This document shows, piece by piece, positions 49,201 to 57,480 of a DNA stretch of 64,000 bases. The stretch spans positions 43,030,001 through 43,094,000 of the forward strand of contig NW_024704743.1 in the NCBI RefSeq assembly GCF_018977255.1, written 5' to 3'. Numbering within the stretch: position 1 is the first letter of the stretch; each line of letters starts with the position of its first letter. The stretch is from Callorhinchus milii (Eukaryota). The position numbers were made by a program, and so were the translations under genes. The notes beneath the pieces were generated by a model. The model did not search any database, was not told the origin of the DNA, and worked only from the letters and a program-made list of their open reading frames with translations.

Positions 49201-52200
49201 CCTGCTTATAGCCGATCTCTACATGAAGAGTGGATAGAGTGCTTCAAAACTGGTTAAGTAGGTTTCTTTCACCATCTTGTCATGGGAATGTAGGAACTTA
49301 CAGAACTGGAAAGAACTATTGTGGTCTGCTTCTGAGTGCAAAAGTAAAGAAAAATACAAATATATTTTGAGGTGTCTTTTGAAGAATTGTTGATGATTAT
49401 GTACCCTAGTACAGCCAGTTTCAACGCAAGCACAAATGTAATCCTGGGGAGAAAACTACAATTGACTGTAGAAAATTACATCCATTGACTATAAAACAAA
49501 ATTGTAACTACCAAAACTTACATACTAACTTCAATTATTGCTGTTTTTTTAAAATATATTTGAGATATGCAACGGGTCCTGATATTTGTTGTTCTTCTGT
49601 AATTTTTGCAGTTCTGTCCGAATAGCTACAATACCTGCTTTTGGCACCATCATGGAAACTGTGACCCAAAGAGAGGTATCAACAACAACTTGCTTTATAT
49701 AGCACCCTTCACACAGGATAATGTCTTAAGAGTGTTTTATGATTACAGGGTTGGATGCTGAGCAGGGGAGAGGGAATGGGGAGGGGTCGAAGAGGTAGGT
49801 TTTAAGGCAGGACTAAAGACAGGTATAGAAGGGGCAAGATTGAGGTGTAGAAGGAAGGAGTTCCAGAGGTTGGGGTTGTGGAATTTCAAGGCTCAGACAC
49901 TGATTCGGGTGTGGAGAGAGCAGGGAACACACAGCAGGTTTGAGTTCGCCAAAAGGAGGGGATAAACAGGCTACTGGCAGCAGCGTTTTGGATAAAGTGT
50001 AAAGTTTATGCCTGGTGGACCTAGGGAGACCAGCGAAGAGTGCATTTCCATTTGCTCAGCAAGCAAAAGTGGTATGTAATAAATAACACTATCTCACTTT
50101 CAGTTGTCATATTGCAATTTGTTCTGTTTTCCTCCAAAATTCAGTCGCAATCCCTCTACGTGCACAGCCATGTACTCACACACGCAGTGATATTCTTGAG
50201 TTTGTATTTAGCTAATAGTCTGACTTACACTGTTAAGTATGTTTACTGCAGCTTTAATGTACATTACGATGTTAGTTTCTACGATTCTGTCCACCCTATC
50301 AGTTGCACTGGGCCAAAACAATGTTATTGTTTGCCTACAAAACAGTAACTACAATTGACAGTAATTACCCATGAAGAGCTTTGAAGCATTTAAAATGAGA
50401 TGCTATAAAAATGCTGTTTTATTTTTTTATTTTCAGACAGGCACCTTGGTATGTTTTTAAGGTAATGCACCTGAATCAAGGTGAGATTCTGCAGCCCTAC
50501 ACCAAGTTTGTTTACACCTATTGTTTGCTGATTCAAGCATAAATTGGTGTATGGTAGTATAATATGGTGTGTAACCACTTGTAAGTTAGAGGAAGATAAA
50601 GACAATAGTTATGTGTTCAAAACTCTTATTCGTCAGCAGTTCCAAACTGTTGTATGGGATTGCAAAACCCTGCTCCAATTTAGTGTCATTATTACATTAA
50701 AGATCCACTAAAGGTGGTAGTCCAACAATGGAATAGAATAACATTATCTGTGTTACATATTGGAGTCAAGAAACCACAGAATTCAAAGAGCAAGACACCA
50801 ATATATTACGATGTATATTGAAACTGCAGTGCACCTATATACTGACCCCAGTTAGACACTACTGCCCAAGGTTCCCCCACCCCCTCTCCCCTGATACTGG
50901 TGCAGGTCAGACTTACACAGTAGGTTGACAAAATATCCATTTTTATCAGTGACTTATGCATTGAAATAATGGTAAATCAAGTGATTTGGTTTTATCAGCT
51001 GTTGGAACGAGTTAAGATGCAGTTGGCGTCATTTCTGGAGGATCCACAGTATCATGATCAGCACTCTCTGCACATGGAAATAATAAAGACTTTTGGAAGA
51101 GTTGGACCTAATGCCGAACCAAAATTTAGAGACGAGTGTAAGTATTCTTCTTTTTATTATTTTGTTCGTTCTTCGCTCACGTCTTCTTTTTTAACTTCCT
51201 CTCCACCCCCAAAAGGTGTAGGTTGTGTAATGATACTTTTTCATGGATAGTTATTTGTCACATTTAGGAGAAGGTTTTCAGAAAATTTCAACAAAGATCA
51301 GTTGGATTTTCCTTCACCATTTGGTCATAAAGCGCCCCGAGACGCTTGACGCATGAAGGGCGTGATATAAACGCAAGTTGTTGTTTCAACGTTGGATCAA
51401 TTCAGTGGATTTCAAGATGCCTAGATTCCATTCTGGATCTCGTTCGTTTGTCATATGCAGCCACTTGTAATAGGAGAGTCCTGAGTAAACTCCTGCCAAT
51501 AACCACAAGTGCAACCCCGCTGAACCACAGGAATTCAACTTGATCCACTTCAAATTCAAGGATTATTTATTTAGTGGAATGATCTTAGGTTGAAACGATG
51601 CACTTCCGATTTCTGGTAGAAATTTTAGTTTTCAGTGACTCCTATTGCAATTCACTGCGTGACTATTGTCACTTTTACAAAGATTTTTTTCGGGAGTGTT
51701 GGTCAGCTGGGTATCTGGCACATGCGCGGAAACACAGTACCATGCATATAGTGGAAATTCCAGGAAATGTTAACTTATATAGTTAATGATCTGAATCAAA
51801 TGTAATTGTTCTTTATTTGTACTGTTAAGAAATGGATTGCACTGCTGAAATGTAAGCTTTGCGGCCACACCATATGAATTCTCAATGAAGCGATTCATTT
51901 TCATTTAGATTAAAATCTATGCAATTATTTTTGAGAATATAATTTTTTTTAGATATTTTCCAACACAGTAAAGATTTGCAATGAAAGAAATAAAAATATT
52001 GTCTTGTACATGGCTCACTTCTCAAAAATCAAGTTAGCTTAACTATCAAAGTGTTTTCTAAATGTCTCAGTAATCTGATATTGCTGGATGTGCATCAAAG
52101 GATATTAATTGCTGTCTAAAACAACACCTGTGGAATATTCTAAGTCCATCTTTGGTCAAAGATCTAGATCTTGAAGTCTTGTGAAAGTCGAACAAAAATT

Positions 52201-55200
52201 ACTGTGTGATAAGTAAGGAAAATGGCATTATGGCTATATAATGTAAGGACTATTATTTTAACAAATAATTCCATCACATTCCACAGAATCTGATCTCGAA
52301 CATTTATTTTCATGAAGTCTAACTAAAGAGATTCTGTGTTTTGCTAGTGTTCTACTCTGTCCATGTTATTTCTGAATCCTTACCTCTTTGAAGCTGAAGT
52401 AATATTTCTCAATTAGTTTTTGCAGCTTTGTAAATAAAATGAATAGATGTTCTATACCATAGAGTAATATAACTAGTCTTTCCTCGTTTCCTGCATAGTA
52501 AGATCCTGGAGTGATTGTCAAATAAGCACAAGGAAACAGTTAGCCACAACATTTGTGCACCTCTTAGAAGTCACTTTATGACTTGCTTAAGGAAAAGTGT
52601 TTTTTTTTTTTTGTCTCTTTCCCCTTCTCCTCCATCCAAAACTTGAGAATCTTGCAGATATGATAGGGAGGGAAAGAGAGAAAAAAGGATGAAAGAAAGT
52701 CATCATGTGTAATGGTTCAAGCTTAACTTGGTTATATTATGCAGGAAGGTTACGACATTCTACTATACTGTAATGTGCACAATCCAATAATGAATTGCTA
52801 ATTTTAAAAGTAGAGGCCAGATATTTCTCATAGGCAAGAGAAAGGAACATTGGATGAGAAGATAGTTTACTTATCACTGCATAAGCATAACTGGCTTTAG
52901 AATACAACAACTTAGATACATACATTGGCCCTTTCACCTAGCATGATATCTACATTTCACCCACAAAATACACAGTTAAAAAAACACTTTACAATATACT
53001 CTGTGAAGATCTTTGAGACGACTCAACAATGTGATAAGGCGCTATATCCAATGCAAGTATTATATGATATGAGAATCTTGAAATTGATCTTTTGGGGAAT
53101 TGGAAGCCAGTGGAGTCTAATGAGAATAGGGATGATAAGCTTGCGCTACAACATTCTCAAGTTTTTGGTGGGGTGGTGGGGCAAAGAGGCAATGCTGGAG
53201 ATGGTATGGGTTGAAGAGTGCTGGATAAACCAAAGCTTGTGGTGGGTTGAGGCAGAAAGCTGGTAAGGAGAAGATTGAATGAAATCCAGTTTGAAGATGA
53301 CAAAGGTCTGAATGAGGGTTTCATCCACATTGGTGGGGGAGGGGGGGGGTGGGGCTCTGTGGCAGAGATATTGTGGCGTTGGGGGAAAGCAGACTTGCTT
53401 GAGGACCAGATGAAAAGCTGTGATGAGAGATCGGTGTCAAAAAGATTACAGAGTCCATGAATAGTGATATGGATTGGCTCTTGGTGCATGGTGCACAGAC
53501 CTATGAATAATATATATTGCAATGTATATTACACTATATAACAACGTATATTGTATTTTAACAGTTTCTGTTTTTTCATGTATAGTTGTTCTCCCTCATC
53601 TGCATAAATTGGCCATCTCCAACAACCAACAAACTGTTGACACGAAAAGACTGGACATTGCCATTCAACTCTTCGAGGCCTACAGTGCTCTTTCCTGTTG
53701 CTGTATCCTTACTTCAGTAAATATCACAATATAGCATAAAATGAAAATTTTGTATTTTTTAGCATGCCAAAGAAACCATTTATCTATTTCTTTGCTGAAA
53801 TTGTTTCATATTTGTTTGTAATGGGTTGAGTTGGACTCAGGTTGACCACATTTGACTGGAGAACAGTCTGTCCACTTGGCAAAATGCTGTTAGACCAGGG
53901 AAATAAGGCAACAGTTTGGATGTTTAGTCATATTATGTAGATTAGGTTTTACTTGCTGTCCTACTACGTATTTCTCAAATATTAGGACAATAAAGCTCTC
54001 AAATTTTTCTAACATCTTAATCTTGCATGGTGTGGTACTTGCTCTTTAAATAATTGTGTATATAAGGAAATCAATATGCTCGTGATTTGAAGCTTCGGTA
54101 AGTGTACTGCATTAAATGTGTAAGTTGTAACCAAAGTTGCCACATCATGTTCCTTAACAGCTTTATTTGCAGTTATTTCAGAAGAACTGATGGTTAATCA
54201 TTTTCTTCCTGGACTAAAGTATTTACGAATAGATATGGAGCACCTCTCACCAGAACATGAGGTTTGTTGTGCAGATCTGAGATGAGTGCCTTAGTGTTCA
54301 CTGGGTGTGGCTGAAGCTTAAAAAGCTTATGAAAATGTAAATGTCCTCCACAAATGTGAAAAATCTCTTAGATGGGGTCAACTCCACATGTATGCAGATG
54401 ACACCCAAATCTACTTCTCCTCCTCCAGCTGCGACTCCCAGTTCGCTGATGTCCTGTCATCTTGTTTGACGGACATCAAGGCCTGGATGAGCGCAAATTT
54501 CCAGCAGCTGAACGTTGGCAAAACGAAAGCCGTACTCTTTGGCTCCTGTCAACGTCTTCTCCTGCAGGTCTGAAATCCTCAACCTCCCCAGGTTCTCCCT
54601 CAGGCTCACCAAACCTGTGCACACATTAGGTGTCAGGTTCGATCCCCAGCTTTCCTTTCTACCCCACATCGGTTCCCTGATAAAGACCGCATTTTTCCAC
54701 CTCCGTCACATTGCCCACCTCCGTCACATTGCCCGCTTTTGTCTGTACCTCACAACCAAAGCAGCCGAACCCCTCGTCCACGCCTCCGTCATTTCCTGGC
54801 TGGACTTTTCCAATGCCCTCCTCACTGGTCTCCCCAGCTTCACCATGCACAAAATTCAACTAATTCAAAACTCCACTGCCCGGACACTCACCCGCAGAAA
54901 ACTCTGTACCCCCATCACATCAGTCCTTCTCAGACTGCACTGGCTCCCATTTACCGAACAGCTTGATTTCAAGATCCTCTCACTCGTTTTCAAACCTCTT
55001 CATGCCCTCACACTTCCCTACCTCTCTAATATGCTTATCCTCCACTCCACCACCCGCTGCCTCCAGTCTCCTTTTTTCCTTCGTCCCCTCTGCTCCACTA
55101 TCGGTGGCCGTGCCTTCAGCCACTATGCCCTGAAACTCTAGAAATCTCTCCCTCAATCCCTCCGCTTCCCCCTTTCCTCCCTACTTTCAAATCCCACCTA

Positions 55201-57480
55201 AAGACCTTCCTTTTTGATCGTGCTTACAACAACAACAAAATTACATTGCCTTTCATGTCGGGAGGACGTCTTTATGGTCACTTTCCCCTTCCATCTATCC
55301 CTGGCTCAGGGTCAGACTCCTCCATTGTCAAGCGCTCCAGTACTCTGCCCTGCATGAAGGGTGCTATATAAATGCAAGTTGTTGTTGTATGCATGGAGTA
55401 GTTAATGTGCACCATGTATTTGTTGTATGTAGCTGACTAAACAAGTGAAATCTCAATATATAATTTATTGTCACCGCTCTCCATATAACATTGCAGCTGT
55501 TTGATATCTCTGGTTAGCATCAGATTGCAGAACGGATAAGGTCAGGTATTCGGGTCCAATATGGAAGGAGTTGAGCTTGATCCCTACCACTCTGGTTGGC
55601 TGTTGGTTCTCACTTTGGGTCAAATGCTGCATTTTTATTGGTGTGAGAACTCACCTCAAAAGGGAACTAGATATATACATAAAAAGCAGTAAGCTCCAAG
55701 GTTATGGGAAAAAGACGGGAGTTAATGGGACTGAAAGGATTGCTCTTCAAAGAACCAGCCAGCACAGACCTGATGGGCCAAATGGCCTTCTTTACTGTAA
55801 ATTTCTATAGTTCTAAATGTTAACGTGTGAATTATTTTAACTTTTTTTAAAAAAAATAAAACTCTATCATGCCAAAATCCTTTTTCAAGCTATGGCAATT
55901 GTGCACATTACAGCTAGTTCTGAATACATTGTCGTTCAGCGGTGACACGCTAGTGTTGCTGCGGTTTGCAAATGAGACTTATTGCAAACTTTCATTACAA
56001 TACTTGTTAATAAGTGTTTGTATAATTTCAGGTTATTCTCAGCTCTATGATAAAGGAATGCGAGCAGAAGGTGGAAAACAGAACCGTCCAAGAACCTCAG
56101 AGGTAATTATGCCTTAGGAATCACACTGCGTGTGTTGCTGAAGCAAAGAAAGTGGCATCCGTATGCTGGATGTCATAAGAATCCAAATTAGTCTCAAAAT
56201 GTGGGTGGAGAACCAAGTTTAAAAGGTTTTGTTCTTGGAGAATATTTGTTATAAATATAACTCTCATAAACGAGTTTAACAAGACATTCTAACAAATTAA
56301 CTTCAGTTAGGAAGGACTTATTGCAGATCTGTCTTTGTATATAACATTTAACCATTCCTTATATTAGTGCAAAATCCAGTTTGTTTTCTGATGCCTCCAA
56401 GTCTCAACAATCGACAAGTTCACATTAGTAAGAAATTTGGCCAGTTTATGCTCGCACATAATGCTAAGTAATACTCAGCGATTTGGGGTAGAAACTGAAT
56501 ATAAGAAAATGATGATTAAATCTAGCCTTTAACAACCAATGATATGGTCAACGCCCCATACTAGCAGTTCATCATCTAGGCTGACACTAAGGTGATAATG
56601 GAGGAGCGCTGTTGGAGGTTCCATCCTTCTTTACTCAGAGTAACTAACAACTGGAACAGATTGCCAGGAAGGGTGGTTGAGGCAGGACACTGGAAGTATT
56701 TAAAAACAGCTTGATGTTGTAACAAGAGGAAGGTAGGGTAGGTATTTTGGAAGGATGAGATCAAATAGGGGCCAAAGGGCCTTCTTCATGCAAACTAATT
56801 TGTGATGGCTAAACCACTTCACAGATTTACTGTAAAGTGGTGTGACTGTGCTTTGTAAACGAAAGCAGCCAACTTGTGTATAGCAATTTTCCACAAACAG
56901 TCATGAAATGAATGACCAATTTTATCTGGGGGACTGCTGGCCAGGACACGGGAGAAATTCCCTTCTGTTTTCAAACTGTGACAGGGGATCTTTAATGTCC
57001 ACTTGAACAGACCGGCAGGACCTCAGTTAAATATCTTATCTGAGGAACGTTATTGCAGCACTGTATTGCAGTTTCGGACTAGAGTTCATAGTCCGATGCA
57101 GGGCTTGAGCCCACAACCTCTTGACTCAGAAGCGAGAGTGCCACTATCTAAGCCAGGTTGATGCCTAAGGTGGGTGTTGAGGTAGAACACTACCCTTTTT
57201 AGGGTTTCAGTGTCTGCTAAGGTTTTCTAAAATTCCATTTTCAATTTCAAATAATTGTTAAACAACTTGCGAGTTTTCAGAGACAAAATCTCTCAGAGAC
57301 ATAAACAAAAGTTATGAATGTTTTATTCATTGAACCTAAAATGTTTTTATTATTTTAAGCTCCATGTCCATCGCTGCGAGTCTTGTAAGTGAAGACACAA
57401 AGACCAGATTCTTTAATAAAATGGGTCAGTTGACCACCTCGGGTGCAATGTTGGCGAATGTATTCCAGAGGAAAAAGTGA
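4141..57480 (+). CDS. RELCH: RELCH / KIAA1468 spliced CDS, 5'-partial (exons 2-29, about 1050 aa in window)
   Basis: 28 GT-AG exons join in one frame (3158 nt) and give recognisable RELCH peptides, from [27 protein letters not shown] through [13 protein letters not shown] (LisH) and the HEAT repeats to C-terminal [12 protein letters not shown]. Confidence 0.97.
4673..4927 (+). mobile_element. young Deu-type SINE, head truncated
   Basis: near-identical to 62215-62471; (ATT)n tail. Confidence 0.92.
6735..6845 (+). mobile_element. Penelope-like non-autonomous fragment
   Basis: gagtatttccagcatattggttttgtatttc is complementary to the ctgctggaaattccca block at 10545. Confidence 0.4.
7820..8156 (+). 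mobile_element. L2 LINE fragment, internally deleted
   Basis: encodes [18 protein letters not shown] (RT motif [11 protein letters not shown]) joined to an L2 3' tail. Confidence 0.85.
10540..10655 (+). mobile_element. Penelope-like fragment with decayed hammerhead core
   Basis: gttCTGATGAaggatcatgtccAAAACattaact. Confidence 0.5.
10674..10855 (+). mobile_element. young Deu-type SINE, 3' half
   Basis: near-identical to 62290-62471. Confidence 0.92.
12523..12557 (+). repeat. (GGGGT)n G-tract, G-quadruplex-capable
   Basis: gggaggcgggggtggggtggggtggggatggaggg. Confidence 0.6.
13170..13625 (+). mobile_element. CR1 LINE relic (endonuclease, RT and 3' end pieces)
   Basis: [12 protein letters not shown] block, then GSVLGPQL...ISDLD...IEGTIS.FA (RT), then a CR1-like 3' UTR. 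Confidence 0.75.
14890..15145 (+). mobile_element. ancient SINE-like repeat, family uncertain
   Basis: shares gctatcca.tgacccc.ctg.aaagtg and aactgtaccc blocks with 20400-20545, 22715-22960 (minus) and 45340-45740. Confidence 0.5.
15356..15535 (+). mobile_element. Deu-type SINE, 3' half
   Basis: gtgggacactgctgtgcgcaattggctgcc...aaagcgctatatcaaatgcaaggattattatt. Confidence 0.9.
15720..15872 (+). mobile_element. L2 LINE 3' fragment
   Basis: [18 protein letters not shown]...SRLKSFLF. Confidence 0.8.
16969..17040 (+). CDS. RELCH: exon 3 (72 nt, phase 1-1), coiled coil
   Basis: ctgtccag|TCCTGG...GCTGCAG|gtggtg; [24 protein letters not shown]. Confidence 0.93.
17146..17201 (+). CDS. RELCH: exon 4 (56 nt; alternative in-frame start at 17137)
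   Basis: tttacag|AAAGTG...ATTCAG|gtaaga; [19 protein letters not shown]. Confidence 0.9.
18249..18362 (+). CDS. RELCH: exon 5 (114 nt), LisH motif
   Basis: ttaacag|GAACCT...GACCAG|gtaata; [38 protein letters not shown]. Confidence 0.96.
18972..19222 (-). mobile_element. Deu-type SINE, head truncated
   Basis: reverse complement of the 4673-4927 family. Confidence 0.9.
19426..19617 (+). CDS. RELCH: exon 6 (192 nt)
   Basis: gtttag|GATTTT...CAAGAG|gtatgg; [24 protein letters not shown]...QPQLQE. Confidence 0.93.
19831..20256 (-). mobile_element. older full-length DeuSINE (SacSINE1-like)
   Basis: tRNA-like head (rc of gaacccacaatcttctgactcagag...ccaactgagcc), long central domain, same 3' tail as the young family. 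Confidence 0.75.
21431..21968 (+). mobile_element. L2 LINE 3' end, well preserved
   Basis: [42 protein letters not shown]...[15 protein letters not shown]; (TTG)n tail. Confidence 0.93.
22015..22295 (-). mobile_element. CR1 LINE 3' end
   Basis: acagcacggaaacaggccatt-type 3' UTR and gagttccacaatttcacta (rc of the VVKLWNSL motif). Confidence 0.75.
23075..23790. mobile_element. cluster of four SINE pieces (+ 23075-23250, - 23300-23375, + 23405-23590, - 23610-23790)
   Basis: matches to SINE head, middle and tail segments seen elsewhere in the window. Confidence 0.8.
24767..24855 (+). CDS. RELCH: exon 7 (89 nt), coiled coil
   Basis: gtaacag|ATTGGG...CGAGAG|gtatgt; [29 protein letters not shown]; phase 0-2 fits both neighbours. 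Confidence 0.88.
25725..25866 (-). mobile_element. SINE 5' half with tRNA-Ala-like head
   Basis: rc reads ggagtcttgTAGCTCAGTGGttagagctcgcctCGCaagcgagagacctgggtttgactcc. Confidence 0.88.
25951..26286 (+). CDS. RELCH: exon 8 (336 nt), divergent Ser/Thr/Pro-rich linker
   Basis: tttaacag|TGAAAT...AAACAG|gttagt; [12 protein letters not shown]...VLFSKPNR; lies inside ORF 25901..26323. Confidence 0.92.
26966..27181. mobile_element. hAT-family MITE
   Basis: TIRs caaggtggtccaact / aggttggacaaccttg; 8-bp TSD tggtagag / tggcagag. Confidence 0.85.
27837..27912 (+). CDS. RELCH: exon 9 (76 nt)
   Basis: ccacag|GAAGTT...TCAGAG|gtaata; [25 protein letters not shown]. Confidence 0.96.
28395..28627. mobile_element. 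possible hAT-family MITE, degraded
   Basis: TIRs caggggtcccaac / gtttggagatccctg; flanks gctttgag / gcttatgg match only in part. Confidence 0.5.
29938..30033 (+). CDS. RELCH: exon 10 (96 nt)
   Basis: ctttag|GTTTCT...CGAGAA|gtaaga; [32 protein letters not shown]. Confidence 0.96.
30207..30230 (+). CDS. RELCH: candidate alternative 24-nt microexon (RMVVHLCQ)
   Basis: pyrimidine tract, tcctag|AGAATGGTTGTGCATCTCTGTCAG|gtgagt; phase 0-0, no stop. Confidence 0.75.
30829..31565 (-). mobile_element. L2 LINE fragment
   Basis: minus-strand ORFs [12 protein letters not shown]...[15 protein letters not shown] and [15 protein letters not shown]...[12 protein letters not shown]. Confidence 0.9.
32050..32760 (-). 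mobile_element. possible L1/Tx1-clade RT fossil
   Basis: minus-strand pieces in order: [37 protein letters not shown]. Confidence 0.35.
33003..33105 (-). mobile_element. SINE 3' tail
   Basis: ataataataattcttgcatgtgatatagcg...tgtgggcgaa. Confidence 0.8.
33233..33575 (+). mobile_element. L2 LINE 3' end
   Basis: [10 protein letters not shown]...[13 protein letters not shown]; (TTGTA)n tail. Confidence 0.9.
34311..34423 (+). CDS. RELCH: exon 11 (113 nt)
   Basis: tttcag|GAGTTA...ACAAAG|gtaaaa; [38 protein letters not shown]. Confidence 0.96.
34762..35080 (-). mobile_element. L2 LINE 3' end
   Basis: [18 protein letters not shown]...[10 protein letters not shown] on the minus strand; (CAA)n tail. 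Confidence 0.9.
35788..35878 (+). CDS. RELCH: exon 12 (91 nt)
   Basis: tcttag|ACAGAT...GAACAG|gtaaat; [30 protein letters not shown]. Confidence 0.96.
38386..38457 (+). CDS. RELCH: exon 13 (72 nt)
   Basis: ctcaag|ATCAAT...CTGCCT|gtaagc; [24 protein letters not shown]. Confidence 0.95.
38552..38692 (+). CDS. RELCH: exon 14 (141 nt)
   Basis: ttccag|AAAGAG...CTACAG|gtgtgg; [47 protein letters not shown]. Confidence 0.96.
38789..38953 (+). CDS. RELCH: exon 15 (165 nt)
   Basis: tcttag|GGTTTT...CTCAGG|gtatgt; [31 protein letters not shown]...EKILR. Confidence 0.96.
39102..39418. repeat. 38-bp inverted repeat with 241-bp spacer (MITE-like or fold-back)
   Basis: 39102-39139 atatcagaaaactttgatgaaggtaacccaacagtagt is the rc of 39381-39418 with 2 mismatches. 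Confidence 0.85.
39542..39689 (+). CDS. RELCH: exon 16 (148 nt)
   Basis: acctag|GATGGA...ATAGAGG|gtactt; [35 protein letters not shown]...VPQIE. Confidence 0.95.
40100..41640 (+). mobile_element. L2 LINE, about 1.5 kb, deleted and frameshifted
   Basis: [33 protein letters not shown] (40720), [17 protein letters not shown]; (TTG)n tail. Confidence 0.93.
41641..41915 (+). mobile_element. CR1 LINE 3' end
   Basis: [13 protein letters not shown]...LFPL...TRG...RRNYFT.VV layout. Confidence 0.8.
42213..42369 (+). CDS. RELCH: exon 17 (157 nt)
   Basis: ttttag|TGACCA...CCAGCT|gtgagt; [24 protein letters not shown]...[12 protein letters not shown]. Confidence 0.96.
42505..42665 (-). mobile_element. 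Deu-type SINE, 3' half
   Basis: aataataataatccttgcatttgatatagtgc...ggattgagtgacc. Confidence 0.85.
43135..43510 (+). mobile_element. L2 LINE 3' end
   Basis: [27 protein letters not shown] plus tail agcgccttggaacgtcctcccg. Confidence 0.85.
43552..43675 (+). CDS. RELCH: exon 18 (124 nt)
   Basis: TACTAAC branch site at 43524-43530; ttgcag|ATTGCC...ACAAAG|gtgcaa; [13 protein letters not shown]...[11 protein letters not shown]. Confidence 0.95.
44351..44399 (+). CDS. RELCH: exon 19 (49 nt)
   Basis: ccttag|GTGAAA...GTTGTTG|gtaagc; [16 protein letters not shown]. Confidence 0.94.
44525..44785 (-). mobile_element. older DeuSINE, degraded
   Basis: ttgcacacagcattgtcccacaaacagc...gagagtgc...ctaccaactga. 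Confidence 0.65.
44889..44974 (+). CDS. RELCH: exon 20 (86 nt)
   Basis: ttccaaaag|ATGCCT...AACCAG|gtaagg; [29 protein letters not shown]. Confidence 0.9.
45080..45186 (+). CDS. RELCH: exon 21 (107 nt)
   Basis: ccatag|GAAGAA...ACTAGG|gtaagt; [36 protein letters not shown]. Confidence 0.96.
46009..46108 (+). CDS. RELCH: exon 22 (100 nt)
   Basis: ctttag|AGCAAA...TTTGAG|gtaaga; [33 protein letters not shown]. Confidence 0.96.
47598..47680 (+). CDS. RELCH: exon 23a (83 nt), mutually exclusive alternative
   Basis: aatcag|CTGTTG...TGAAAT|gtaagt; [28 protein letters not shown]. Confidence 0.93.
48985..49067 (+). CDS. RELCH: exon 23b (83 nt), mutually exclusive alternative
   Basis: ttacag|CTGATC...TGAATT|gtgagt; [28 protein letters not shown]. 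Confidence 0.93.
49612..49675 (+). CDS. RELCH: exon 24 (64 nt)
   Basis: ttgcag|TTCTGT...AGAGAG|gtatca; [21 protein letters not shown]. Confidence 0.95.
49680..50040 (-). mobile_element. L2 LINE 3' end
   Basis: caacaacaacttgctttatatagcaccc...ggagttccagag. Confidence 0.8.
50999..51137 (+). CDS. RELCH: exon 25 (139 nt)
   Basis: tatcag|CTGTTG...ACGAGT|gtaagt; [25 protein letters not shown]...AEPKFRDE. Confidence 0.96.
52955..53460. mobile_element. SINE tail (+, 52955-53062) next to an old L2 fragment (-, 53066-53460)
   Basis: aaggcgctatatccaatgcaagtatt; minus-strand [14 protein letters not shown]. Confidence 0.7.
53586..53702 (+). CDS. RELCH: exon 26 (117 nt)
   Basis: gtatag|TTGTTC...TGTTGCT|gtatcctt; [39 protein letters not shown]. 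Confidence 0.95.
53703..54172 (+). other. U12-type (minor spliceosome) GT-AG intron, 470 nt
   Basis: donor GTATCCTTA; branch TTCCTTAAC at 54150-54158; acceptor AG at 54171-54172; required for frame continuity. Confidence 0.92.
54173..54261 (+). CDS. RELCH: exon 27 (89 nt)
   Basis: ttgcag|TTATTT...CATGAG|gtttgt; [30 protein letters not shown]. Confidence 0.95.
54371..55387 (+). mobile_element. L2 LINE 3' portion, about 1 kb
   Basis: MYADDTQIY...[14 protein letters not shown]...[11 protein letters not shown]...LHWLP...GGRAFS; (TTG)n tail. Confidence 0.93.
55650..55815 (+). mobile_element. CR1 3' UTR
   Basis: aagggaactagat...ggttatgggaa...gatgggccaaatggccttct...tttctatagttcta. Confidence 0.75.
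56032..56102 (+). CDS. RELCH: exon 28 (71 nt)
   Basis: tttcag|GTTATT...TCAGAG|gtaatt; [23 protein letters not shown]. Confidence 0.95.
56590..56805 (+). mobile_element. CR1 LINE 3' end
   Basis: [22 protein letters not shown]; ggccaaagggccttct. Confidence 0.75.
56810..57165 (-). mobile_element. older DeuSINE
   Basis: colinear with 19831-20256. Confidence 0.75.
57360..57480 (+). CDS. RELCH: exon 29 coding part with TGA stop
   Basis: tttaag|CTCCATG...[48 protein letters not shown]. Confidence 0.96.

Noticed and set aside
49676..49684. U12 donor at exon 24 (GTATCAAC)
   Set aside because: It lacks the CCTT core, and there is no U12 branch motif before exon 25.
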